Below are positions 33,871-46,800 of a stretch of DNA of 64,000 bases, piece after piece (position 1 is the stretch's first letter; each line of letters starts with the position of its first letter). Origin of the DNA: Selaginella moellendorffii (lineage: Eukaryota; Plantae; Lycopodiophyta). The notes below the pieces were generated by a model, which had not been told where the DNA came from, did not search any database, and saw only the letters and a list, made by a program, of their open reading frames with translations. The translations under genes and the position numbers were made by a program. The stretch lies in NCBI RefSeq assembly GCF_000143415.4, contig NW_003314359.1, forward strand, positions 405,477-469,476, given 5' to 3'.

Positions 33871-33947
33871 CCAAAACACCATTTTTGTTTCTTACAGTGA
33901 TCTTACAGACAATATATACCCGAAAGAAGATCCATGTCTAGAAAGGC

Positions 33948-35228
33948 TCATGTTTTTTCAGAAGGCAGGATTCCTCGGCACTGGCTTGTTCCACAAAAAC
34001 AGGCCCTCGAACTCGATTCTAGTCCCGGTTCGACGACACCATAGCTGAAAGTAAGTTCTTGGCCTGACTGGATCTCTTTGCGCGTGAAGAAAGCCAGCCT
34101 GGGGACGCAGCAGCCTGCTGAGCGGACGAGGCACGAGAGGAGATTGCCACCGTCGCAGGAGTGATTGATGAACCTGGCAATGTTGCCTACGTTGGTGGCA
34201 TCGATGTTGAATCGCAGGCATGCGTCGCCCGATGGAAGATGTTCTCTCACCACCAAAAGGCTCGTAACTCTCGGGGATTGGTCGTAAGTTTGGTGCCTTT
34301 TCCGAGCTTCCTTGGTCGTCAAGAGCTCTCCTGCACAAACGCGAAGAGACAAAGGAGCACGATAAGTAGAAGGAAGAACTTTTCTTTCTTACCAGCGTAC
34401 TCGCAGATGAAAGCTCCCGGTTTGATGTCCTGCGCTGCATGTAAGCTCCAGCCTTTGGTTGGATGCCTCACAACCTTGAGCTCGGCGGAGGCGCCGCGCT
34501 GGGAGAGCCTGTGGCAGCACTGGATGGTGCACGAGCAAGCAGGGCCGCACTCGTAGATCAGTGGAAGATCGGCGGGAGTTGGAGCTTCTTCTTCTCTCTG
34601 GTTTTGGAAACTCAAGAGCCTGGGAGAGTTTGAATCGTATGCTCGCTCGCCGAAGATCGTCCGACCGCAGGGACAGGAGCTGGACGAGAGCCGCCTTTTC
34701 TTTTTGCTCGGGAGTGCTTCGTCGCTATCATCATCTTCATCCTGGATCAAAGTCTTTAGGCACGAACGAGAAAAGAGAAAATTACCAGAAGTTCGATCGC
34801 GCTAGTCAAATCATCCGGTGCCTGTGAAGGAAATCCTGACAACTTTCAGCCCCTAAGAGAAGGAAACCAGGAAATTCTCTCATCATACCTGGATCTTCTT
34901 GTTCTCCTCGGCAGCAGTCAATGCAGCGGCAACCATCGCCTCCAAACTGCCCGTAATCAAAACCAGCGGCATTCTTCTCGGAAATGGATCTCGGAAAGGC
35001 AAATGCCCTCCTCTCCCTCGCAAGAACAGACACCGGCGAGTACTCGAAGTAAGGGTAGCGGCATTCGTCCACGCAATTCACCACCGGGATCCCGAAGCCT
35101 TCCAACCCTTGCGCTGCATCCGCGGCACGGCACGATGTGAGATCCCTTGCTGCCGCTGCCATCGTCCTGCAAGTGAGCGCCAGCGCTGCCACATCGCGCG
35201 GCTCGAGCCACGGCAAGACATTCTCCAT
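33948..35228 (-). CDS. SUVR3: SET-domain histone lysine methyltransferase, SUVR3/SDG20-like
   Basis: LPWL..LALTCR N-terminus, pre-SET ECGPACSC, KGWSL..FICEYAGE, NIARFINHSCDGGNL, ELTFSYG, post-SET CFCGTSQCRGILP. Confidence 0.88.
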
Positions 35229-35380
35229 CAAGAACCCTAAAATTAACGGGAATGCAAGAACCCTGAAATAAAAATCATTGACTACAGATTTGACTGTTGA
35301 CCGTTGACTTAAACAAGAATCTCTTGCAACCTCTTATTGCAAAAAACGTTCTTGGGCGATAATGCTTTTTCCCTCGGTAC

Positions 35381-36993
35381 TTAGTGCTCCTGTTTGACGC
35401 GGGCCTTGAGAATTCCTGGCAGTGGCGGCGGCGAGAGGCCATTTTTCATCATCCGGGGGGACCGACCGTGGTGGTGGTGGTGATACATGCTCGGCAGAGG
35501 GGAGGAGCCATCGTCCATCGGGCTCGCGTCGAAGCCTCCATTCTCGTGCTTGGATCCCCCACCAGGCTTGGCCCCCGGGTCGCAGAAATTCATGGCTTTG
35601 AGGATGGAGGCGTCGTCGTGGAGCTCGAATGGCGAGCTGGAACAGAGAAAGTTGATTGTAGTCGCGAGAAAAGAAGGCAAAGCTATTTGGTACCTGTTGA
35701 AATCGAAGTGAACTACTTGCATGTCTTCGGATATCTCGACTTCCACGGTTGCTTGGGGTCGAGTCTGTAGGGGCGAGTCAGCATTTAAACAGCATCGCTG
35801 GGAAGAGAAAACTCTTACCTGTACAAGAATGAAAGGCAATGCAACGCCTCCAGCAGGAAAGTTCCCAGTGCCGTTGTACATTCTCTCATTCCGATGAATG
35901 AGATTTTGAATGCCTACGATCTTCCACAAAGTTTTAACGTCAGGACAGTGAGCCAGAAATAAATCAGAAAAATCCGCGGACCTGATCTTGCAGCTCTTGT
36001 AGATACTTCTTCTTCTTTTCTATCCTCGAGCGGACGCGCAGCTGTTCTTCCTGCACGAACTGTAGGTCATAAAACTACTTCAACTTAATCGAAAAACCGC
36101 ATGGGAACCTACCTTCAGCTGCTCGGCATCGGTGAAACTGGTGCTTGGGAGCCCTTTCCATTGGATCTCCTTCTTTTCTTTGGATATAATGTCCATGGCC
36201 ATAAGAACGTTCAGAGCATCGTACACACGTCTTCTGATGTTTTTCTCATCGTACTGCTGATGTAAAGAGAGATAAATTAGAGCCATAACATCAGTACAAA
36301 AACTGGCTAAGAAAGCTTCACCTGGTCCGGAGAGCCGACTAGACCATTTGGATTTGTGAACTCGGCTACAAGCTCGTCGGCCACCTGACGGATCACCGTG
36401 TCAGAAATTTACAAAAAGGAACACACAGGAGATGAAAGCTTACTTCGTTATAAGTCGTACGGCCTTTGCTTTCGACTTTCTCACAAACTGAAAGAATAGC
36501 GGAGCATTGCAGTGATACGTTCGGAACGATAAGAGATCGATGCTTTACCTTTCATGCTAAAATGCCGCAATCCCTTGCCTCCTTTCTCTCCCCCAATCGC
36601 TGCACGATGCCCACGCTTCTTCTTTCTACTGTCTTACGTGATTCCTCAGTGGTTCGAGAGAAAAAAAGACTCAAAGCTAACATACCCGACCATGTCTGGA
36701 GAAGCTGGCTCGTCATAGCTCTCGGCTTGTGAAAACCTCCCGGTGGCTTCATTTGATCCGGGAGTAAACATTGCAACGTCGCTGCATCGGGAAGGAGATC
36801 CCATGCTTCCACTGTCCATCGAGACTGATGGACCAGCAAACCGTCCGGACGTACTTGGCGAAAGATTGTTATTGCATGGAAGATCGGATCCTCCGTAGAA
36901 CTGACTTTGATCGCCTGACAAGGAAAACAAAGTAAGCCAAAGATCTTGTATGACAATCGAGCTTATCTTGACCGACAACCACGTTCTCACCAT
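35381..36993 (-). CDS. DP: E2F dimerisation partner (DP) transcription factor; 5' end uncertain, possibly with further exons to ~37250
   Basis: GLRHFSMK|[15 protein letters not shown]|[64 protein letters not shown]. Confidence 0.9.
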
Positions 36994-37897
36994 TGCGCGG
37001 GCGCAAGTTCATCACATCGTCCACGGAGATCCTCGTGCTACTTCTCGTAGCTGTCTTAAAACCAGAATTATTGATCCCTTTCTTAGTAGATCCTGGAGCA
37101 TACACACACCAAACTTGAGCTTCACCGAGAAAAAAAAAACCAAAAGTTAGGGCGCGAAAACACACATACCCATCCCCGTGACGAATTCTTCGCCGTAGTC
37201 GCAAAGAAATCGCTGCCGATTCCGGGCGCTCAGCAGCAAGAACTCATTGCGCTAGCTCCTGCCGCGCTCCTGGCCGCCAGAAAATCCCGACCTCCTCAAA
37301 AACCCTATAAGCCCAACACTGAAAGAATGAGCGCCCCCGCGAATCTATCCCCGGCAATGGCGCACGAAATGTGACGCTGCTGCTGCTAAGAGTGTGATTC
37401 GCGAGTGACACTCGCCATAGCTCTCTCCCTCTTCTCTCCCTTGTTATAAATGGCGGGGAAACTGTAAAGGTAGTCTGTTAACTGGGTATCTGTTATCTTA
37501 CACTTAAAACCGGTGCCCAGGATATTCCGTCAGCATGACGGTAGATGCCAAATTGCTGTCGAACCGCCACGTGGAGGACGTGCCCCGTGGCGGTCGCTCC
37601 ACCTCCACCAGCCGGTCACTTGTATTACGTGGCCGTGCCGTTCATTGAGGATTTTGCCTTATGTGTTTATCGTCCAGGGAGGGGGCTTTGCTTCTAGATT
37701 AGGTTTGGCATATGTGTAGCTGCCAGAGTGCTTGCATTGAGCTGGAATGCGCAGCTCAAATTTTGACCTATTGGAGCGCTATAGAGTCGAATCGATCGCA
37801 GGAGGCGATCGCTTTGGCAGAGATTTAGTCGATGAAGGATCGCTTGATCGGAGGTAATGTGGGCTAGCTAGAGAGCAATCGCTTTGGTGCTTCAGCC

Positions 37898-40800
37898 ATG
37901 TTGGAGGACTACGTTGCGTTCTATCTCCAAAAGTATTTGGGGAAGTACGTCAAAGGGGTCTCCAAGGAGGCCTTGAAGATCAGTGCATGGCAAGGTACTC
38001 CGTTTTCTTTTTGGTTTCCTCTTTTGACTTTGAGATTTCTCAGGAAATGTGGAGCTCACGAATATGCAGCTCAAACCGGAAGCTTTACTGGAATTGAAGC
38101 TCCCGATTAAAGTCAAAGCTGGATTTCTGGGATCCGTAAAATTGAAAGTTCCGTGGAGCCGGCTGGGACAAGAGCCTGTTATTGTGACTCTTGATCGCAT
38201 ATTTGTGCTGGCGGAGCCTTCATTCAAGGTCGAAGGTGTTGATGACGATGCGGTTGAAGAAGCCAGATATCAGTATATCAAGGCAAGCGTTTTGCCATTT
38301 CTCTAAATCTGGATCTTCTTGTGTTTAATTTTCTCGTCATCGCTGTAGGAACATGAAACCGCTCTTGTCACTTCTACGCAAGACCAAGGGCAGCAGCAAC
38401 AGCCCGAGATGGTGCGTACCTTGAGCTTAGTAATGGTTTACTGTACTGAACCTTTTTTGTTTTCCACTCTAGAATAACTCTTGGCTGGGATCGTTGATTG
38501 GAACTATAATTTCCAATATAAAGCTTTCTGTTACAAACATTCACATCAGATTTGAGGACACTGAAAGGTACGTTGGATTTTTCTCGAACTTTTCTCCTGA
38601 TTCGTTTCTTCTTTAGCAATCCTGAGCAGCCATTTGCCATTGGAGTTACTCTGGAAAAACTTGCTGCTGTTACTGTTGATGACAATGGGAAAGAGCTATT
38701 TGTCTCCGGGGGCGCGTTAGATAAAATCAACAAGGTAGAGATTTGAATTTTCTTGTGTCCATATTTCGTTAATGTTGGCCGCTGTGCAGTCCGGTGAGCT
38801 GAAAAGGCTAGCATTTTATTTCGATTGCAAGTCGAAACCATGGGACTTGGACTTTGAAAGTCTTTCGCCTGAAGGCTGGAGCAAGGCATGCTTGTAGTTT
38901 TTGTTTTTGGACGTATGCTTGACGTTTACTATCAGGCATTTGAACCTGGTGTTCGCGAGGATGCTGAGAAAGTCCACCACGCGTTTCTCTTACAGCCCGT
39001 GGATGGCATGGCACGTTACAGTAAACTAGGCACACGTGACGAAAGAAGTGCGGACAAACCTGCTCAAACTGCAGCAGTCGTGCTTGAAAATGTTACACTT
39101 TGTCTTTCAGAGGTAACATTTTTTTTTAATGTGCAAGCTAACCAGGATTGTTAAACAGCCCCAATATCGGGATGTATTGACGCTTTTCGACAACATTTCG
39201 ACGTTCAACATGCGTGTAGAACATGCACATTATCGCCCAAAAGTTACAGTTGCAGAAGATCCAGCAGCTTGGTGGCAATATGCCATTAAAGCTACAATAG
39301 AAAAGAACAGGAAGGCCAGGTATTTTAACATCTTTATGTTTTGGCAAGCTCTGATGGGAGGTTTGCAGTGGCCATTTGAGCTGGGATCAGCTTTTACACC
39401 ATGCACGTATGCGGAAACAGTACCTGTCTAGCTATGCAAAATGTTTGCTGGCAAATCCCGATCGTATTTCAATCAATGATGATGATGGGATCAGACAGCT
39501 TGAATCAAGTCTCAACAAGGATGTTATTGTTCAATGGAGGTGGATACGAATTTATTTAGTTATTAATTTCTCCTTTTGTTGCTCTTACCATTGTTTTTCA
39601 GAACTATTGCGCATACACTGGCAGATCAAGCTAGAAGAGAGAATGCTGAGCATGAGAAAGAACAAGCTAAAAAAAGATGGTGGCCGTTCGGATGGTAAGG
39701 TCGACGTACTCTTCTGGTGACGTGATCAATCGTTCGACGTTTTTTCTCAGGGGTGGCCAATCTGATGGGGGCGGTGAACCAAGAGGCCTCTCCGATGACG
39801 AATGGCAGCAATTGAATCAAGCTATTGGCTATCAAGAAGGCAAGCCGTCGACCTTGATGCCGGGTCAGGACGCACCAAATATGCTGCATACTGTTTTGCA
39901 AGTTCAAATGCATTACAACGCGTCGAAACTCATTTCGGAAAACGAAGAGGAGCTTCTAACCCTGTCTTGCGAAGGGCTACAAAGTAGTATCAGGCTTTAT
40001 TCGGAAGCCAAAGACTTCGATCTCAAACTCGAGTCGTACAAAATCTGTTGTCCCGAAGGATTACTTGCGGAGGTACAGTTACGCTCTTTTTCTGTCATAC
40101 TTCCTTACTGTTTTCCTCTCTAGAGTGCCAGTCATCTTGATGCTCTGAGTGCCACATTTTCGTTAGCTCCAGTGAATGAGGATCTTGACTGGAGTCTGTC
40201 TGCAGGAGCCTCTCCTTGCTATATTACGGTGAGTCTCACAGCATTAGTGTAAGATTTGCGTACTATCTATCTTTTTCTGCAGTACCACAAAGCAAGCATC
40301 GACAGGGTCATTGCGTTTTTCAGTAGCAGGACATCTGTAAGCCGTGAAGTTGCAATACAGACGGCTGCGGCATTTCAGGTAAGAGAATGACTTTAGTGGT
40401 TTCGGCTTTGCTTACTCTTGTCTCTACTTTTGAAGATGACTTTGGACGAAGTTACAAGGAAAACGCAACAGCAATTCAATGAGGCTTTAAAAAATCGTCC
40501 CAGGTAGAGGCAAATTTATTTGAACTAGCTGTTATATACTTGTTGCAGGTTCTCATTATTTTTGGACATAGCTGCTCCCAAAGTCACCATTCCAACAGAT
40601 TTTTATCCAAAAAACTCACAGCGGACTAAACTCATGCTTGATTTGGGGCATTTCAAAATGAAGACGGAACGGGTATTGCTCTTGTTATATGATTGAATCT
40701 GAATCTAAAAATCTTCACACAGGGTGAAGAGCAACGAATTTCCCAGGAGGAGAGTGAGATGTACATGTGCTTCAAAATGCAGCTAAACGACGTGTCTGGC

Positions 40801-43800
40801 TTTTTGGTTGACGGCGACTGCGATTGGGATGCGGTTCACTCTTCCAAAGATTCAGGAGTTCTGCCCGTAATTGAGAAATGTGCCGTTTTTGCCTTGCTGC
40901 AGCAGGTAAAGTCTTCGTGCTCGTAAAGACCTTCAAAGTTTCCTTTTCTCTTTTCAGATATGTGTTCCTCATCCTTCATACCCATCTACACGAGTGGCCG
41001 TGCGAGTGCCTTCTGTGGCTGTACATTTTTCTCCTGCTAGATATCATAGGCTTATGCAAGTTGTGGAACTGTTACAAGGCGGTTCTACAGATGTATCAGT
41101 TCGTCCCTGGGAGCCAGCCGATTTTGAAGGAGATCTTACTGTTCTTGCTTGGAAGGTACTTGTTATTAACACCTATGAGTGATCCTTCAGTGTTATCTGT
41201 GTCCAGGGTATGGGAAACAGGGAGGCCGTTTGGAATCATCGTTACGGAGTTATAGCGGCGCCTTCTTTCTATATTTTGGAATCTGTGTCCTCTGAATCAT
41301 ATGAGCACTGCGTGAGGTAAGCTTGCTAACAATGATACTTTCTTTAAAATTTTGTTTGTAATTACGGTTTGTAATTTTCAGCCTGTTCGGCAAGCAAGTA
41401 TATCTGATTCCACCTGAATCAGTGGGAGGTATTGCACACGTGCTTGCATTATGCGATCCGGAACAATTTAGTAAAAAGGTAGGTACGATTACGTAGTAGT
41501 TCATCACAACTGAGAAGCACTTTGCAGGTGGTAGAGTCTGTAAGTGCTGTGATATTACGATTTAAGGACGAGGATACTCTAGAAAACTGGCGGGCACATT
41601 TTATGGCTATCATTCGTAAGCTAAATGTACGTTTCTTTTTTTCTTTTTACTGTTTCTTAAAAGGATAATTTGCTACAATGTTCATCAGAGCTCGCAGGCT
41701 GTGGTTCGCGGAACAGCAGGCAAAGATTCCAAAGATAAGAATGTCTCTCCTGTTGGGCCTGCTGCGGAAAAAGAAAAACTGTTTTTAACTGGGACGTTGG
41801 ATGAGTTGAAGATCTGTATTGCAAGTACCAAAACGGTACGTGAGAAACTACGTGTTTTTAGCTGATTGTCATAGTATGTAACTTTCAGGGGCATAGTGAT
41901 CGGGAACAGGTTCTATTGGGAGAAGAAGGATCTTTACTCGAACTGCGAGCTATCGGAAGCAAGGCAAGTGGCATGTTACGCTTTCTAGTGTACGTCATTT
42001 ACTGACAGAGTACATGGTTATGTAAAGGTGGAGTTTCTTATGAGGGACAACGATATGGCAGTTGGTGCGGCTTTACTCTCTCTCGAAATCGAGGACAGAT
42101 GGTATGGACAAACGTCACCGTCATGCCGTTATCTTGCTCGGTCAACCATATCGGAGTCAGAACTGAACAATCCGCAGAAAGAGAGCATTGCCAGAGAAAA
42201 TTCGCCAGCTGAGAGATTCTTTGACAGTTCCGATGAGTTCGATTTCGAAAAGACATCGCAAGAGGACGGTTCTGGTAAAAGTGTTCTCTCAAGGCGTTCT
42301 TCTTCACAGTTTTATGATGCGGATTCTAGCTTTCACGAGAAAAGAAGCGAGTTCGTCAGAACTCCTGATTTGCTTCCTCCTCTAGAGGACCAACTAACTT
42401 TTGGACGTGATCAGGAGCTGAAAAGTTTTATCAAAGCTCAAGTGATTCTCAGCACCCCTGAAGCTACATCTTACAGCAACATCGATAAGCAGGTACACAT
42501 CTGTGTTAAGCAGCTCACAATTTGGTTATTTATGTATGTTACAGGTGAAAGTATCATTAGCAACTCTTGCATTTTATCTTAATCGACCAACGCTGGTTGC
42601 CCTTATGGATTTTGTTACTGCTATAACCACTTCTGTGGAACCAAAATCCGACACTCCACAGTCTGAGCCGGGCGATTCTAAAGACGTCGTCAGTCTTATA
42701 ACTCCAGCAGACGTTCATCAAAGTGGATCTGTTCCAATGTTTGATAGAAAGGACTCGGTGGTGAAAGGTTTACTTGGCACAGGAAAAGTTCGTGTGGTGT
42801 TTTTGCTTATTCTGGATATGGATCGTGCTCAACTAGTTTTGAATCGTGATGACGGGCATCAGCTGGCTACGTTGTCTCAAGAACATCTTCACGTAACTGT
42901 GAAGGTACGAACGGTTTTGTTGCATGCAAAGGCTCACTTTAATAACTGCAGATTTTTCCCGCATCTTATGCAATTGTTGCTACGCTTGGAAACCTTCGAA
43001 TTACTGATGACAGTCTCAAAGGAGGACATCCCTATTATTGGTTGGTTGACATGCGTGATCCAGCAGGGAAATCATTTGTTGAGGTACGTGTAGGTTAAGC
43101 AACATGTGTTTGTTGATTTCGGAGTTCTCGCAGTTGGAATTCGTTTCGTTCAATGAAGACGATGACGATTACGAGGGCTACGAGTTTAGTCTTTCTGGAC
43201 AGCTTTCTGAAGTTCGTGTTGTATATCTTCATCGGTTTATCCAAGAAGTAGGTGCTCAGATTTGTTCTTTCTGATCCAAGGTCATACTTGTACAATCTGC
43301 AGATATCGTCTTATTTTTTGGGCCTTGTTCCTGCCGATCCTGGATATATAGTAAAACTGAAAGATAAAGTTGGTGACGCTGAGAAAACGTTCACGCAATC
43401 TGAGGTTCAAGGAGCGCCGGCTATGAAGCTTGACTTATCGCTGAACAAACCTATCGTGATTTTTCCCAAAGACACCAACAGCAATAGGTATTTTTTAATT
43501 CTTCTGAATGTTCTGCTCAGCTCAACTGTTGTACTCGTTCAGTTTTTTGGAGCTGGATGTACTTCATATCCATGTAATAAATACGTTCCAGTGGCTAGGA
43601 GGAGGAAAAGAAGACATAGGAGGCATTCGTTTGGAACTTATTTCTCTAAAGGTATGATAGTTATTGACAAGCTCAAAAGTCATCACTTTCCTATTTGCAG
43701 GTTGAAAACATCCATCTCGTGGTGTCTGTGAATGGAAAATTTGGAGAAAATATCATCAAAGACTCTAGTGGCCTGGTTGTGACTGTGAGAAGGACCTTGC

Positions 43801-46800
43801 GCGACCTCAGGCGACAGCTCCCAGCGATTGATGCATCAGTCGAGGTATGTTTGTTTTCTTTGTATGAGTCTTTAACCGTGAGTTCAGGTTCAACTGCTGA
43901 AAGCAGCAATGTCAGACAAGGAGTACCAGCTTATGATAGACTGTTGTACCAGTAATCTATCTGAAGCACCAAATCTGTCACCTCCTGTATGCCAGCCAGG
44001 AAAAGGGAAGGAGAAAGCGGAGGAGAAAGAGGAGGAGAAAGAGGAGCAGAAAGAGGAGGAGAAAGAGGAGCAGAAACAGGAGCAGAAAGAGGAGAAGGAG
44101 GAGGCTCCACATGCTGAAACGAAAGATGTGCAAGAAGGTAGCACATCTGCGAGCAATTCCTCAGAGGTCTGGACAACTCTCAAGCTGACGGTCGACGTCT
44201 CCATAATAGAGCTGGCTGTATTCATTGGAAGAACGCAATATACGCCACTAGCCAGCATACAGGTACTTTCGACATCTTTTGTGTTTTATGTAACAAAAGC
44301 TATTACAGGTTAGTGGTGTCTGGGCAGCTTATAAGATGTCCAGTAATGAGGAACAATATATCATGGCCAGCCTTGATTCTCTGAACGTTTCTGATGATCG
44401 TGAAGGCATAGAGCCGGAGCTAAAGTTTATGGTTGGAATGGCTAGTGATGATTCAAGCCTACTGAACAGAGACGAAATTGAAGGTTCGCGTCTTGTGATG
44501 CTGGTCTTGGACGCCAAACTAAATCCAGCTTCCCAAATGATCACTTTGCGGATACAACGACCTCGAGTTTTATTGGCTTTAGATTTTCTCCTGGCTGTTG
44601 CGGAGTTCTTTATTCCTTCCATTGCTGACGTACTAGGGAGCAATACCGGAGGCAATGACGAGCTTCCTTTCGACATGAAGAACTGGCTGTTCCTGCACAA
44701 ATCTCCGTACTTTCAAGATTCTGACGAGGTTACCTTGTCACCGAAGCATGCTCTTGTGGCAGACGACGAGAATATTGAGATTTATATTTATGACGGAGGA
44801 GGCGGTCGTATTCGGTTGACAGACGCTAGCGGAGATCCTGTAGGCGATTCTTTTGAAGGGCCTCTTGTCGTAGTCGGCCATGGAAAGTCACTTCGGTTTA
44901 GAAACGTGGTTATTGAGGTAAGCTCTCGCGTGGCTTGTTGATTTTCTACTATTCTAACACCATCTCTTTACAGAATGCCCGCTGTCTGGATCGCTTCGTC
45001 TTGCTGGGTAGCAACAGCTTGTACTCCGCTTCCAAACATGATGGCGTCTTTTTTGAATGGAAGGACGAGCAACCTCCAGAAGGTGATGATGAAAGTGCCA
45101 ACAAGAAAAATAACACGTCAACAAAGGCTGAACTCACTTTCGACTTACAGGTATGTCTGAATCATCACGTATTCTCTTCTCATGATTTTTTGTAGGCAAT
45201 AGGCCCAGAACTTGTGATGCATACGTCTGGAGGCAGTTCTTCAGATATTAAAGATCAGCTGCTCTTTGCGAAAATGGATATCTTTTCGAGGTACAGAATT
45301 CCTGTTATTTCTGTCTCTCATTTTTATTTTTATTTTTTTCTTTTTATTTTTTTTTTCAAGGCTTGTAATGAAAGGAGACGATCTCGAAGTATCTGCAAAA
45401 GCCAACAACTTTTGTATTCAAGGTCGGAGGGGAATTTATGTTTTGGAACCTGTAGACACCAATTGCCGGTACTCAAAGGTGTCCACGAAGCAAAATCTGC
45501 ACGCGACAATGTCGGACGTGGTTTGCAACTTGACCTTCAGTATGATTCAGCTTATCCTTAAACTACAAGAGGATGCACAATCTCTAATACTGCTTACTTC
45601 GAAAAAGATTGCTGTCGAATGTACTGAGTTCGACAGGATATGGGCCGATGAAGGTAGTATCTTTAAGTTCCATCAACATCTGGACTTACATGTTTTTTAA
45701 GCAGTAAGAAGTGGCTCTTCCCAGATAGCGTTCTGGCGACCGCGCGCACCTCCAGGCTTTACTGTTCTTGGTGATTGCTTGACTGTTGTGTAAGTACTCT
45801 GTTTTCGTGTATTTTAAACCTTGGTCATGCAACTCCTTTACAGGGATGAGCCGCCTTCCAAAGGCGTGATTGCGATGAATATGAACCTTGTGCATCTCAA
45901 GAAGCCGGTAGACTTTCGACTCGTCTGGTCCTCGTCCGCAAATGAAGATGACAGTGAGCAGTGCTGTGTGTGGCTGCCTATAGCACCCGAAGGCTACGTT
46001 GTTTTGGGTTGCGTAGCATCAATCGGACGAAGTCCTCCGTCGGCAAGTCCAACACTGTGCGTGCTCAAGCAGCTTGTCACGGAATGGTACATGAGGGACT
46101 GCATCCAGGTGAACGGCACTACTGAGCAGGAGTGGGCATTTTGGCGCGCTGATAATTCGAGCGCGTCTTTCTTCCCCATTTCTGCGCTCAGGAAACCTCA
46201 TAGCTCTAGAATCTACGAGCTCCGGCACGTTGCTTTCGAACTTGAAAAAGCCGAAGATCGTTTTGGCACTACAAAGACAAGCGGCGAAAGTGCTCGTTCA
46301 TCTGATGAAGACAACGGTGTACTTCTTACCACTGTTACTCGTTTCAAGCTCATATGGTGGGATAAAGGTGCCAAGTCAAAGAAGAGTGTTTCCATCTGGA
46401 GGCCAGTAACACCTTCGAGATGCGTAATCCTTGGCGACATAGCAGTTGAAGGGTATGGGACTCTCCTTTTTATTTGAAAAAGCGTTTGACAGTTTTTTTT
46501 CTTTTTTTGCAGGTACGAACCACCAAGTGTGGCTTTCACCCTTCAAGACACTCAGGATAATGTCTTACTACAAAAGCCGCTGAAGTTTGTGAAGATGGGT
46601 GTTATTCACGAAAAGAAGGGACTGAAGCCTGTAACCTTTTGGTTTCCTGTGGCCCCTCCCGGGTATGCAGCTCTCGGCTGTCTAGCAATTCGAGGCTACA
46701 CTCTGGATGCTGAGGCTAGTGACAAAATTCGCTGTGTTCGCAACGACTTTGTACTTGAGACGGAGTTTTCTTCGCCCAGCTTGTGGGACGGTAGACAAGT

